Sequence record: SRR20825006_617 | Reading direction: 5' to 3' (one strand) | DNA length: 60,136 bases | Part shown: piece after piece, positions 9,201-18,641 of the stretch | How positions within the stretch are numbered: position 1 is the first letter of the stretch | Layout of the letters: the number at the start of each line of letters is the position of its first letter | Program-made: the position numbers and the translations under genes | The notes under the pieces: generated by a model | What the model was told of the DNA's origin: nothing | The model's database searches: none | The model's input: the letters and a program-made list of their open reading frames with translations, nothing else

Positions 9201-9533
9201 TTAATCAGTGTCGAGCCGAAAGGCGTGGCCGCAATCCAGGCACTTCAGGTTGTCGAGAAAGGTCTGGTCGAGCTTGTCACCGAGAGCGGCACCGGCCTCT
9301 CCGCCGGCAACACCTCCAATCAGACCACCAATCACGGCACCGGCTATCCCGCCGAGCAGTGATCCGCACGGGCCTGCGACGTAACCCAGTGTCATGCCCA
9401 CCCGGGCGCCACTGGTGGCTGCAGCCACGCCACTAGCGGCACCAGCAGCTGTGCCGACGGAACCACATACCCTTCGTCCGTTGTGGAGTGCCGCTATCCG
9501 GATAGATTGGCAGCTGGGACATTGAATGATCAT
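9201..9533 (-). CDS. Small glycine-zipper membrane protein with N- and C-terminal CxxC motifs
   Basis: CPSC...GGIAGAVIGGLIGGVAGG...CLDC; RBS GGAGGT before ATG 9533. Confidence 0.7.
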   Translation of the reverse strand: MIIQCPSCQSIRIAALHNGRRVCGSVGTAAGAASGVAAATSGARVGMTLGYVAGPCGSLLGGIAGAVIGGLIGGVAGGEAGAALGDKLDQTFLDNLKCLDCGHAFRLDTD

Positions 9534-9759
9534 TAAACCTCCATGAGATGGGTCAGGAAGGTCATTCCTTCCTGGCTTCACGGGGGTGATATATGTTTGA
9601 AATAATCTGGGATCGTGGCTGTATTCTTCTTCATATGGATAGTTGGGGTTTCTATATGCATAGCGTTGGTCTTGGACAGTCCAATCCTACGCCGCTCGCT
9701 CCTCTCGACAATACCTACTCGGTGAGTTTTCATACCAGTCAGTAATATCGAGGCAGAAT

Positions 9760-12700
9760 ATGAGCGTAGAAGCAGATCCATCAAGTAATCCCTCCCCTTT
9801 GTTTGAAGCACGGTCGGTACCGTTTGAAAAGCTATCTGCGGATGACTTCGAAAAGTGTGTTTTCGGGTGTTTTATCTCAATTCAATCGCATCAAGGGGTC
9901 ATTATCGATGGCCAGCCAGCTGGGAGCGGTGACGGAGGGTTTGACGTATATGGAGTCGTGGCGGACTCTAAAAGGAAGGTTTGTATTCAATGCAAACGAC
10001 AGAAAGCTAGTTTGGGCCTCTCTCTGCTCGCAAAAGAGGTCGCCAAGGTGGCTAGTACTACCCACCTTGGGAAGTCAGATGTAGGTGTCCATTTCTTCAT
10101 TTGCACAGGCGGAGTGACTCAAGAGCTGCGCCGGATGCTTCGGGAGACAGATCGCGCTGCGATAATTAAAGCGGCCAAAGCCGTTATTGATGAGGCCATG
10201 GACGGTGAGTGGAAAACGTTGCGTGACCGTCTCTCCAGGGAGGGAGTAGAGCCTGAAGAGGTTGTCGCCTCGTATGTCCGTGGGCTTGATAGGCTTGTTG
10301 TGTGGGACATGAATGAGTTCGATGCTGCACTATCGCCTGCTTGGGATTCGGCGTTTAACGTTCTAGAGCGATTCTTTAAGGTATCCACCGCCGTTCGGGA
10401 GCATCCGCGCGCTCTTTTCAATCGCCAGGCTTATCAGGAGTGGTGCGGGGGCTTCGCTGAGGTCGTAAATCCTCAGCTTGAGGAAGGCGAGTTACCCGCA
10501 GGGCTTGTTGAATTGTCCGGCGCCGATCCTGGCCCTCAAGAATCATCCCCTAAGAAAGGCCTTTTAACTGTCAAGTCTTTAGCGGCTCTTGCTCCTGGCG
10601 AGGTTGTATTGGTGACGGCCGAGGGGGGCGCTGGGAAAACCACTCTTCTTGAACTGGTTCGAGCAGAAGTGGCTCAGAAGTCATCAGACGCAATGCTCTC
10701 TGTGATTATCGCATGTTCGGACTATGTACCAGGAGGACTCGACTCGGCAGTGCATGCGCAGCTCGGAGTTAAAAGTGGTAGTTGGAGAATGCTCCCTGAC
10801 AAAGTCCAAATTCTCTGTGATGGAATTAACGAGGCGCCTTCAGACGTGGTAAAGGCCCTTTTTGGAGAGCTTAAGCCACTGCTGACGTCAAAAAGTATAT
10901 CGTGCATTTTTACGTCACGAGAAGATAGCCGAGCGGTTCGAACCGTTTTGCCAACCGCTCCGTGTGCGACGCTTCGCCTTCTGCCGTTAACTCCAGGAAG
11001 GGTCCAAGCCCTTGCGCGGCATGAGCTCATTGATGAGTTAGATGTCTCCGCCTTTTCAGACGCCCATCGAGCAATGGCGTCGCGTGCGGTGGGATCGTTC
11101 ATGTGGACCCCTTTTTCTGTTCGGGCCGCTCTTAAGCTCTGGAAAGGCTCTCGAAAACTGGGGGATACCCTGGGTGATCTATTAGAAGAAATTATTTTGG
11201 CACGTGCGGAGCGAGATCTTGAGATTCCTTCACAAGACCCGTTGGCAGATCTGCCAAGAGAAAGTGTACTAGCAATGGCTTCTTCCATGGCCTATGAGAT
11301 GCTTGTCGTTGACGGTTGCAACTCGTGCAGTCCCGATCAAATTGGTAAGACCTTCAGGCGTGCAATGAACCTGTGCTTCGACGTATTCGGAGCAGATGGC
11401 ATGACTAGCAGCAAGTTCATCGGCTTACTGCGAAAGCATGACCTCGTGCTGCAAACCGCTGATGAGAGTTTCCGTTGGAGCCATCAGTTGGTGGCCGGCG
11501 CCCTTGCTTCTCGACACCTTGCACTCAACTGGAGACAGCACCTCCGCTCTCTCGAGCAGGCACTGGCGGATGATGCATGGATATTTGCGATTAGGCATGT
11601 GCCGAAGGAAGACCTTGATGATTTTCTGCGTGAACTCTTTCTGGCCGACTTGATGCTCGGAGCCAAGGCAACAGCAGAGCTTCCGCTTGGGGAGCGAGAA
11701 CTGAGCTTGCCATACATTGAAAAAGCACTCCAAACGGGACAGCCTGAAGGGCTTCAAGTTTCTGGTTTTTTTGCTTTGGCCAAAGTGGGGACTGACAGCG
11801 CGATGTCATTTCTTCGCGAAGTGGCAGAAGACCGAAGAGATGAATTCGGCTTCGTTGCTGCTAGAGCATTGGCTTACTCGGGAGATCGGCATTTTTTGCT
11901 CAAACTGCTTGCGGAAGTTGACCGGTGCAGACAGATGGGGTGGGGCATGTCAGGGGGAGACATAGCCGTTTGGGAAGAGGCTTCCTTCGCCGATCGTGTC
12001 TCCACTGCTCGGGAGCGACTTGGTTCTGTTGAACCGGGGGAGCCAGTAAATGAGTCAGTCAGCTTGATTGGCTACGAAGCTTCCAGAGAGGACATCCATC
12101 TTCTTGAGTCCCATTTTTTTTCCGCCAAAGATATTACAGCATGGAGTGTAACCCTGAATGCTATTAGAAATGGAGATTATGATTACGCTCAGAAATTATT
12201 CGAAGAAGCACTGTCAGACGAAGCCTCTAGCAATGGTAAGGCGGTCTTGTTGAGGGCCGGGCACAAGCTGGGATTATCCATTGATCCTGAGGCCGCATTC
12301 TTCTTGCTAAAGGCTCTTTCCTCGGAGGCATCCCAAGAAGATGTCCGCGCCAGGCATGACTTAATACAGGATGTTCTTGGAGAGTTGCCACTCACCATGA
12401 ATATTTGTTGCGCGATTGAACAAGATATCCCGGTAAGCACGGGAGAGTGGAAAAGCAGCCTTTGGCAGCTTGCCACTCGTGTGGATAGCCAGCCGCTTGC
12501 GCTAGTCGCACTTGATGCTCTCGAAAAAGGTCTAGATGACGTGGGAATGGCGGCAAATTTCTTTATTGCCCACGAGGCACTCCGAAATCAGTATGAAGAT
12601 GATTTGACGTTGGTAGTTGAGCGATGGCTTGAAAATAAGGCTAATTGGTTCACTTTCAATTCATGGCGAGTTTTGGACTTGGCTGCGGAGATTGGGCTTA

Positions 12701-13428
12701 CAGAGAAAAACTTGGAACAGTTACAGGCTATGGTGCTTCGTCTCGTAGAACTACTTGATCTGTCTGAAGACGGAGAGGTTCCTGAATTTAACGAATCAGA
12801 GGAGCATGTTGCTCGAGAGTTCAAGCTTGATACTGCAAAATATAGAATTAGCCGTTACGCTGGATTCTTGGTTCGAGCTGCGGTGGGGGCCTATGGTCGA
12901 TTGCCGCCTGATGTGCTAATCAAGTTCCTGCATTTTGATTTGGCAAACTCTTCTCCGGGCAAGGAAATCATGGATGTGTATCGCGGGATGCCGTCGGAAT
13001 TAATTGATGATGAACTGGAAACCGTACGGGATGCCTGGACCCAACGATCTGCTCTGGAGATGGTGTGTGAGTTTGGATTAACAGATCGACGCTTAGAGTT
13101 ACTCCGAACCCACTTAGAAGATGTTTACTGTCATCTCGCTGCACTTGGCTCATTAAAAAAAGCTCTTGAGAAATGCTGGAGCAGCGTTGCCTGCAAAATG
13201 GTCGTTGAAACTATTTCAGAATTTGAAGAATGGCCAGAAGAGTGCCAACAGTTTTTCTGGGGCTTTATTCGTATGGTAAGTGAGCGAATTACTGCCGAAG
13301 ATAAAGACCTTGTAGAAAGTTACCTTCCCCTGGCTAAAACGGATTTTGCGATAAGAGTTCTGAGTATATGGAGACAAAATACCATAGATTCTAGAGTTGG
13401 ATTATCTCGGTCCGAAGTAGAGGATTGA
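9760..13428 (+). CDS. Mrr-like PD-(D/E)xK nuclease + STAND/NACHT-like NTPase + HEAT/helical C-terminus (NLR/Avs-like putative defence protein)
   Basis: DDFEK...GDGGFD...IQCKR; Walker A AEGGAGKTT; Walker B ILCDGINE; FRWSHQL winged-helix motif; HEAT-like LAKVG...AARALAYSGD. Confidence 0.75.
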   Translation: MSVEADPSSNPSPLFEARSVPFEKLSADDFEKCVFGCFISIQSHQGVIIDGQPAGSGDGGFDVYGVVADSKRKVCIQCKRQKASLGLSLLAKEVAKVASTTHLGKSDVGVHFFICTGGVTQELRRMLRETDRAAIIKAAKAVIDEAMDGEWKTLRDRLSREGVEPEEVVASYVRGLDRLVVWDMNEFDAALSPAWDSAFNVLERFFKVSTAVREHPRALFNRQAYQEWCGGFAEVVNPQLEEGELPAGLVELSGADPGPQESSPKKGLLTVKSLAALAPGEVVLVTAEGGAGKTTLLELVRAEVAQKSSDAMLSVIIACSDYVPGGLDSAVHAQLGVKSGSWRMLPDKVQILCDGINEAPSDVVKALFGELKPLLTSKSISCIFTSREDSRAVRTVLPTAPCATLRLLPLTPGRVQALARHELIDELDVSAFSDAHRAMASRAVGSFMWTPFSVRAALKLWKGSRKLGDTLGDLLEEIILARAERDLEIPSQDPLADLPRESVLAMASSMAYEMLVVDGCNSCSPDQIGKTFRRAMNLCFDVFGADGMTSSKFIGLLRKHDLVLQTADESFRWSHQLVAGALASRHLALNWRQHLRSLEQALADDAWIFAIRHVPKEDLDDFLRELFLADLMLGAKATAELPLGERELSLPYIEKALQTGQPEGLQVSGFFALAKVGTDSAMSFLREVAEDRRDEFGFVAARALAYSGDRHFLLKLLAEVDRCRQMGWGMSGGDIAVWEEASFADRVSTARERLGSVEPGEPVNESVSLIGYEASREDIHLLESHFFSAKDITAWSVTLNAIRNGDYDYAQKLFEEALSDEASSNGKAVLLRAGHKLGLSIDPEAAFFLLKALSSEASQEDVRARHDLIQDVLGELPLTMNICCAIEQDIPVSTGEWKSSLWQLATRVDSQPLALVALDALEKGLDDVGMAANFFIAHEALRNQYEDDLTLVVERWLENKANWFTFNSWRVLDLAAEIGLTEKNLEQLQAMVLRLVELLDLSEDGEVPEFNESEEHVAREFKLDTAKYRISRYAGFLVRAAVGAYGRLPPDVLIKFLHFDLANSSPGKEIMDVYRGMPSELIDDELETVRDAWTQRSALEMVCEFGLTDRRLELLRTHLEDVYCHLAALGSLKKALEKCWSSVACKMVVETISEFEEWPEECQQFFWGFIRMVSERITAEDKDLVESYLPLAKTDFAIRVLSIWRQNTIDSRVGLSRSEVED

Positions 13429-13546
13429 ATTGTCAAAGAAGAATAAAGGGTAATAGCATAAAATTAATTTTTATATTCTCTTTGTGGTTAGAAGAGGAAG
13501 ATAACTAAAGGGGCTATGCAGTAACTGGGAAAAATATGGTTAGGCA

Positions 13547-15322
13547 CTACAGATCTCTCCTTGTGTAGTGTGCTTGGCCAGTCCTCAGTATTGCACAGCA
13601 ACGATCCGCATATTTTTCTGGCACAGCTAGCGCAACCATATTCTCGGCGCGAGTTACGCCAACGTAGAGCGCGCGTTTAGCCTCAGTGTCAGTGCGCGTT
13701 TCCCATGATTCAAACAGAGCGTTGCCTCGGTTTTCAGGAGCACGATTGGGTGGGATTACGACGCATACTGCGCCGTACTCATGGCCTTTCGCTTCGTGAA
13801 TGTTGGAGCACGAAAGACCAAGATTAATTGGCCTCTTAAGATGGCTGGACCATTGAGTATTACCCGGCCGTCGAAAGAAACTTCGTGCAGTCGTGCCTGC
13901 GGGTAACGGCAGGCCGAGTCGTTCAATTTCCTCATGCACGCGGTCTATCCAAGCGATCCTATCAGCATCAGTATTTCCGCACTCGCAGGGAAGGGACATC
14001 AAGAAACTTAATGCTAGTCTTCGATGTGCCCGCCGGTCCATGTTTAGGCGTTCGATGGCTCTAAGCAGGTGCTCGTTCTGTTCCCGTAGCCCCATAAAGT
14101 CAAGTAGCAGTACTTCTACTGCTTGTAGAGCGGCTTCTCTAGATCGTGCGGTCGATACAGACGACCCGAACTCTGATGCTATCTTGGCCAATAACTCAAC
14201 CCTTGAGCTACCGTTCGAATTATTGGGGGGGGCGCCCGCAGCTCGTCGCGCCACCTTGCCTGAATGAGCCAGAATAATTGAGTTGGCCGAATCCAGGCCG
14301 AGTTCTTCAATCCGATCAAGGAAAGCGTGGCCGATTGCCACCGTTGGACTGCGGCCTCCGTATGTTAAAAGTAAAATAGGATGTTCAATATTTGAACTGT
14401 TACCGACAGATTGATCCACTTGATCCGCATTCCTAAGTGTGGCGGCTAAGCGGCATATCGCAGGGCTACTACGAAAATTTCCTGTTAACACCAGCTGTGA
14501 CTCAACAGGGTAAGTATCCTTGAACTCCTGAATCCCTTCAGGGCTGCCGTTACGAAATTCGTAGATAGATTGGTCTGGGTCGCACACGAAAGTGACTTGT
14601 ATGCCGTGCGCTCTTAGCCATGATAGGATTTGTAGATCGAGCGGATTGCAATCCTGACCTTCATCTACCATGATTTCATGGAAACGTGCTGCTAGTGCAC
14701 GGCCAAGCGCTATTCCTTTCTCTGGGTCACGAATCAGCTGAAGCATCTTTACGCGTGCATCGCTGGCACTCATGTAGCCAGCCTGTAACAAGGCGTTTCG
14801 TCTGCGCGCAGCGGCCTGCTGATATCTATCCTGATGCTGGCGCACATGATCTTTCAATCTGGTATTTCCGATCCTGTCTGGATCGATGATATTGGTTTCT
14901 GGGTCGAACAGATCTAGGCTTACCGGGTCTCCGCGAAACGCCCGGGCTCCTGATAATCGGATTTCTATGCCAAGAGTATCCCAGCTATCGAGGATGATTG
15001 GTCGCGTTTGGCTTGTTGCTGTGCAGCTTGGTAGCACTACGAAATGCCTGAGGAAAGCATCAAGTGTTCCCATGAAGCTAGGATGCTTTAAGAGCGAGTC
15101 GAGTCCTGCAGTTTGACAGCGTTCTCGAAACTCATTGACAGCAGCGTTTGTAAACGAGAGCACAGCAACACCGCGGCGCGGTGGCAATGTGGCGGCGATT
15201 CTGGTTAGGCGGGCAATGATCGTTCGGGTCTTTCCGGCCCCGGGACAAGCATGAACGAAGGTGCCGCCAACGTGCGTCGTGAATGCTTTTTGCTCTTCTG
15301 TAAGGCCTTGTATGCCGGTCAT
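13547..15322 (-). CDS. gajB: UvrD-like helicase, Gabija GajB
   Basis: ACPGAGKT, VDEGQD, DPDQSIYEFR, NFRS, IHEAKG, YVGVTRA; overlaps the OLD nuclease gene. Confidence 0.82.
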   Translation of the reverse strand: MTGIQGLTEEQKAFTTHVGGTFVHACPGAGKTRTIIARLTRIAATLPPRRGVAVLSFTNAAVNEFRERCQTAGLDSLLKHPSFMGTLDAFLRHFVVLPSCTATSQTRPIILDSWDTLGIEIRLSGARAFRGDPVSLDLFDPETNIIDPDRIGNTRLKDHVRQHQDRYQQAAARRRNALLQAGYMSASDARVKMLQLIRDPEKGIALGRALAARFHEIMVDEGQDCNPLDLQILSWLRAHGIQVTFVCDPDQSIYEFRNGSPEGIQEFKDTYPVESQLVLTGNFRSSPAICRLAATLRNADQVDQSVGNSSNIEHPILLLTYGGRSPTVAIGHAFLDRIEELGLDSANSIILAHSGKVARRAAGAPPNNSNGSSRVELLAKIASEFGSSVSTARSREAALQAVEVLLLDFMGLREQNEHLLRAIERLNMDRRAHRRLALSFLMSLPCECGNTDADRIAWIDRVHEEIERLGLPLPAGTTARSFFRRPGNTQWSSHLKRPINLGLSCSNIHEAKGHEYGAVCVVIPPNRAPENRGNALFESWETRTDTEAKRALYVGVTRAENMVALAVPEKYADRCCAILRTGQAHYTRRDL

Positions 15323-17064
15323 GCTTGTGATGCACCTCGGATTGCTTCTACGAGGTAGGGAGGAACGATAAAATCTTCGCCCGCCTCGATACGTGATGCT
15401 ATGGCCTGTGCCAAATCTCCTTTGCGGGTCCTTTTTGCCGCAATTAACCTGAGAAATGCATCAGGACGGTCTTGCTCTGCAGTTCCCTCGATTTGAGCTT
15501 CCCAGTCGGCGCGTGAGTTTCGATGCAGTCGAAGAAATGTGGCTTTGAGGAAAGCTTCATTTCCGGCGCTGAAAATCTCGTGCTCTAAAGTGTGTTGATT
15601 GGTTAGCACAGTCAACGCATTCTGTCCGTCATGCCTTTCGGCGAGATTTTCAAGATCAACTTTTCTATTCCCGAGTACAGCAGGGTCTGCATCGGTTATC
15701 ACAATTAACCGGTCTGCGATGCGAGCATTGCGATGAGGTCGCAGCAATACCTCCACGTAGGGGCGGAAATCCACGCCCTCGATTGGCACAATGACAGCGC
15801 CTTTGAACCGGAGCCATTCATCGGTATAGCCCGCGAGAACAATCTTCTGTGCCATCACGGGTAGTAGCAGAGCTTCCGCGATTCCTTCTACTAGGATGGC
15901 CCGATTACCGAATAGAAGTGCGGAGCGTGTCACGTCCAGATAGCGGCTAATTTTATCCAGTGTCTTTGGCTTGAGCCCGATTTCGGCAATGGGCACGCTA
16001 ACTGATTCCGAGACTCCGTCTTGGTCGTGACGGCGCGAGCGCATGACAACTAGATGTGCTGGAGAGACCCATGCTGTCAGGTTCGGCGAATGGGTTGTAA
16101 CGACGATCTGGATACGGCCTTCCGGCTTGCCAGCTTCGACCTCACGATTACTCGATTGACGCGCTTGTTCTAGCAAAAATTCGAGTACAAGAACTTGCAA
16201 CTGTGGGTGCAGATGTGCTTCGGGTTCTTCGACAAGGAAAATCGTCAGATCGGTTTCCTTTGCCTTTGCAAGTTCGACAACCACTGTCGCCATGTAGAGT
16301 AGATTGGAGTAGCCGAGACCGGATGCACGAATGTCTTCAGGAACTAGGCCAGAATCTGCCATACGGAATCTCAAATCACGGGCGATATCGAGTAGGTTCT
16401 CAGCACTGAAGTCTAACGCTGCAATTTGCGGGCGGACTCCATTAGTCAGCAAGCCTAAAGTGGCGCTTATTTCTGTATTCATCGTGGCTAAGATATCAGG
16501 TCGATCGTCAGCGCGCCTGACGTCAGCGATGAAGTCTTGCTCCTGATCTTTTGATAGGAAATTGCGCAGCAGCGCCATTACGCGTGCGCTGCTGCCTGAG
16601 CCAAGCTCTCGATGCGCGTCGCGTAGAGGGGGGAGGTAAACATGTCTGATCACATCCGAGGAGCCGGTCTCGGGTTGGTTGGTGTCGAATCGGCCAGCCC
16701 AAACTGTACTTTTGCCGCGTGGAGACAGCTCTGAAGGGGATTCGTACCTATAGCCAAAGATAGCTTCGTTCTCGGAGGGATTAGGTACTGCTGAAATTAG
16801 CAGTCCTTTGAGTGTGTCGCTGAGTTCTTTGAAAATGCCCTCGATTTGGAAGTTTGGGATGGAGGCATTACGCCGAACATCGTCTTCCTCTGGATAGCGT
16901 TCACGGCGTCCACTCAACGGTAAGGTAAGCAAGCGAATGGCGTCTACGATGTTGGATTTCCCGCCATTGTTTTCACCGACCAAGACCGTCAGGTCGGGAC
17001 GGAGGCTGACGGTCACATTGTCGCAAGACCGAAACCGCGAGATTTTTAAACTACCTAAATACAT
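15319..17064 (-). CDS. gajA: OLD-family ABC-ATPase/TOPRIM nuclease, Gabija GajA
   Basis: GENNGGKS, LVEEPEAHLHP, TTHSP, TOPRIM VEGIAE and TDAD; RBS AAGGAAGG before ATG 17064. Confidence 0.85.
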   Translation of the reverse strand: MYLGSLKISRFRSCDNVTVSLRPDLTVLVGENNGGKSNIVDAIRLLTLPLSGRRERYPEEDDVRRNASIPNFQIEGIFKELSDTLKGLLISAVPNPSENEAIFGYRYESPSELSPRGKSTVWAGRFDTNQPETGSSDVIRHVYLPPLRDAHRELGSGSSARVMALLRNFLSKDQEQDFIADVRRADDRPDILATMNTEISATLGLLTNGVRPQIAALDFSAENLLDIARDLRFRMADSGLVPEDIRASGLGYSNLLYMATVVVELAKAKETDLTIFLVEEPEAHLHPQLQVLVLEFLLEQARQSSNREVEAGKPEGRIQIVVTTHSPNLTAWVSPAHLVVMRSRRHDQDGVSESVSVPIAEIGLKPKTLDKISRYLDVTRSALLFGNRAILVEGIAEALLLPVMAQKIVLAGYTDEWLRFKGAVIVPIEGVDFRPYVEVLLRPHRNARIADRLIVITDADPAVLGNRKVDLENLAERHDGQNALTVLTNQHTLEHEIFSAGNEAFLKATFLRLHRNSRADWEAQIEGTAEQDRPDAFLRLIAAKRTRKGDLAQAIASRIEAGEDFIVPPYLVEAIRGASQA

Positions 17065-17357
17065 ATTCCTTCCTTTTGCCTTCCTGACCTTTGCGTATTG
17101 GGTCGCCACGACAACCAATAGTTGCGAGGACCGCCTAGCCCTACCACGCTTAGTAGGGGGCTGTGCCAAGCCAATGCCTTAATGTCTGAGAAAGTAATCG
17201 GGCGCGTATAGCGCGCGGAGAATTCCCTGCTTCCCTATAGCCGTTTTGAGTCTTTCTGGCCGTCTTGTGTTCGATTTTTGTTTGGCTGTCAGCGATTCAT
17301 AATTCCTACGCGGTTGCATCGGTGGCTTTTGGTAAAAGATAATGCTAATCACTGGGG

Positions 17358-17570
17358 TCACCCCATGAGAAAGCTCATCCACCCATGCCATGGTAGTGAG
17401 CACCCCGTAACCGCGAGTACGATCGTGATAGACACCCTGCGTACATCGCGTGAAATCAGCGCGAGCAGTCGAGCGCGGTCATCCTTGAACTCGCAGTATG
17501 GTGCGGCTGTCCATCGTGCCCAGCGACCGAGCCAGCTTCTTTCTTCAGGAAGGTCTTTGACGCTGGCCAT
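17358..17570 (-). CDS. Small hypothetical protein with C-terminal hydrophobic segment
   Basis: Strong RBS AGGAGG; ATG 2 nt after the upstream gene's stop. Confidence 0.55.
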   Translation of the reverse strand: MASVKDLPEERSWLGRWARWTAAPYCEFKDDRARLLALISRDVRRVSITIVLAVTGCSLPWHGWMSFLMG

Positions 17571-17572
17571 TG

Positions 17573-18235
17573 TTAATCCTCCTTTTTCCTGGAGCGGGAT
17601 TTTCGTTTGGGGATTGCTGAGGCTTTGGGCGTCTTGGGCGATGTGTTAGGAGAGCTAGCGGGTCTCTTTGTTACCTTTGCTTTGGCCTTCTCCAAGCTTA
17701 TGCAGTATTCGTCATAGTCAGTGATGTCACTCTGTGCTCCAATATCGATCAAGCGATCCCGGAATCGTCCATAGAGAACATCCCTCACTTTGTTCGCGTG
17801 CCTTAACTTTTCGATGCATACGTTCGGGTTGAGCAGCAATACATAGTGGAAGTCGCCGGAAGGCCCCTTTTTTGCTTCAATGAATCCGAGGTCACGAAGG
17901 GAGCGCATACGACGTCGCCAAGTGTCGACCGCACGCTCACCGTCGAAGCCGGTTTCAGCTGCGAAAGTAGCTGGCGCTTCAATTGTGAGAAATGGGTAAT
18001 CAGGGGCTCGAATCCATAAGCATAGAAGAGTATGTCCCGCAGGTTGCCCCTTGGATTGGGCGTCGATGACTTGCATTGCCAGCGGCAAGGTGCGGGGGAG
18101 TGTCGAGTAGCCATCATTCAGCGTTCGGTGCCAGAGCAGCTCATCTGGATAGTCGGGGAATTGGATTTCCATCTGCTGCTTGGCTCTCTCGGCCATGTTG
18201 AGCCGTCTTTTTCGCGATTGCTTTTGATTTGCCAT
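17573..18235 (-). CDS. Hypothetical protein, probable winged-helix DNA-binding fold with basic tail
   Basis: ATFAAETGF...TWRRRMRSLRDLGFIEAK...YVLLLNP resembles a wHTH recognition helix plus wing; K/R-rich C-terminus. Confidence 0.65.
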   Translation of the reverse strand: MANQKQSRKRRLNMAERAKQQMEIQFPDYPDELLWHRTLNDGYSTLPRTLPLAMQVIDAQSKGQPAGHTLLCLWIRAPDYPFLTIEAPATFAAETGFDGERAVDTWRRRMRSLRDLGFIEAKKGPSGDFHYVLLLNPNVCIEKLRHANKVRDVLYGRFRDRLIDIGAQSDITDYDEYCISLEKAKAKVTKRPASSPNTSPKTPKASAIPKRKSRSRKKED

Positions 18236-18457
18236 GTCCGTGTCCTGCGAGTAACTGGATAACCATATTTGGCTCCAAAATCCGCGCAACTACAACGATT
18301 GAATTCTCTGGATATCACGCATGTCAGTGCAGCCTTATTGGGTATTAATTCTGTTCAAATGATTTATATGGCGCAATTAAATAGATTGAGCCTGCATGAT
18401 TACGCAGATTAATTTATATAAAGCCTTTTACAATCAATCGCTTACTTTAATATTGCG

Positions 18458-18511
18458 GTGCTCCTCGTACTCTAGTTTCTCCGTGTGCTCACTGTGCTCC
18501 ATGTGCTCCTG
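18458..18511. repeat. Six degenerate 9-bp tandem repeats (consensus GTGCTCnnn)
   Basis: GTGCTCCTC GTACTCTAG TTTCTCCGT GTGCTCACT GTGCTCCAT GTGCTCCTG. Confidence 0.75.
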
Positions 18512-18641
18512 GGTAATGGTTGTAGGAAAAGGGGCGGCCGGCAGGCAATAACAGGAATGTTTTAGGATGATTTTCACTTGGGGCGGGACACGCTGAAGCA
18601 GGAAAATTGGTGCCGAATCGGAGATGGCGGGTGCCGATAGC

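Noticed and set aside
9578-9811. 77-aa minus-strand ORF and the extended 9581 start of the glycine-zipper gene
   Set aside because: Lies across a divergent promoter region with no motif; the better RBS supports a start at 9533
18458-18511. Repeat array as a CRISPR
   Set aside because: Units are 9 bp with no spacers, and there are no cas genes in the window
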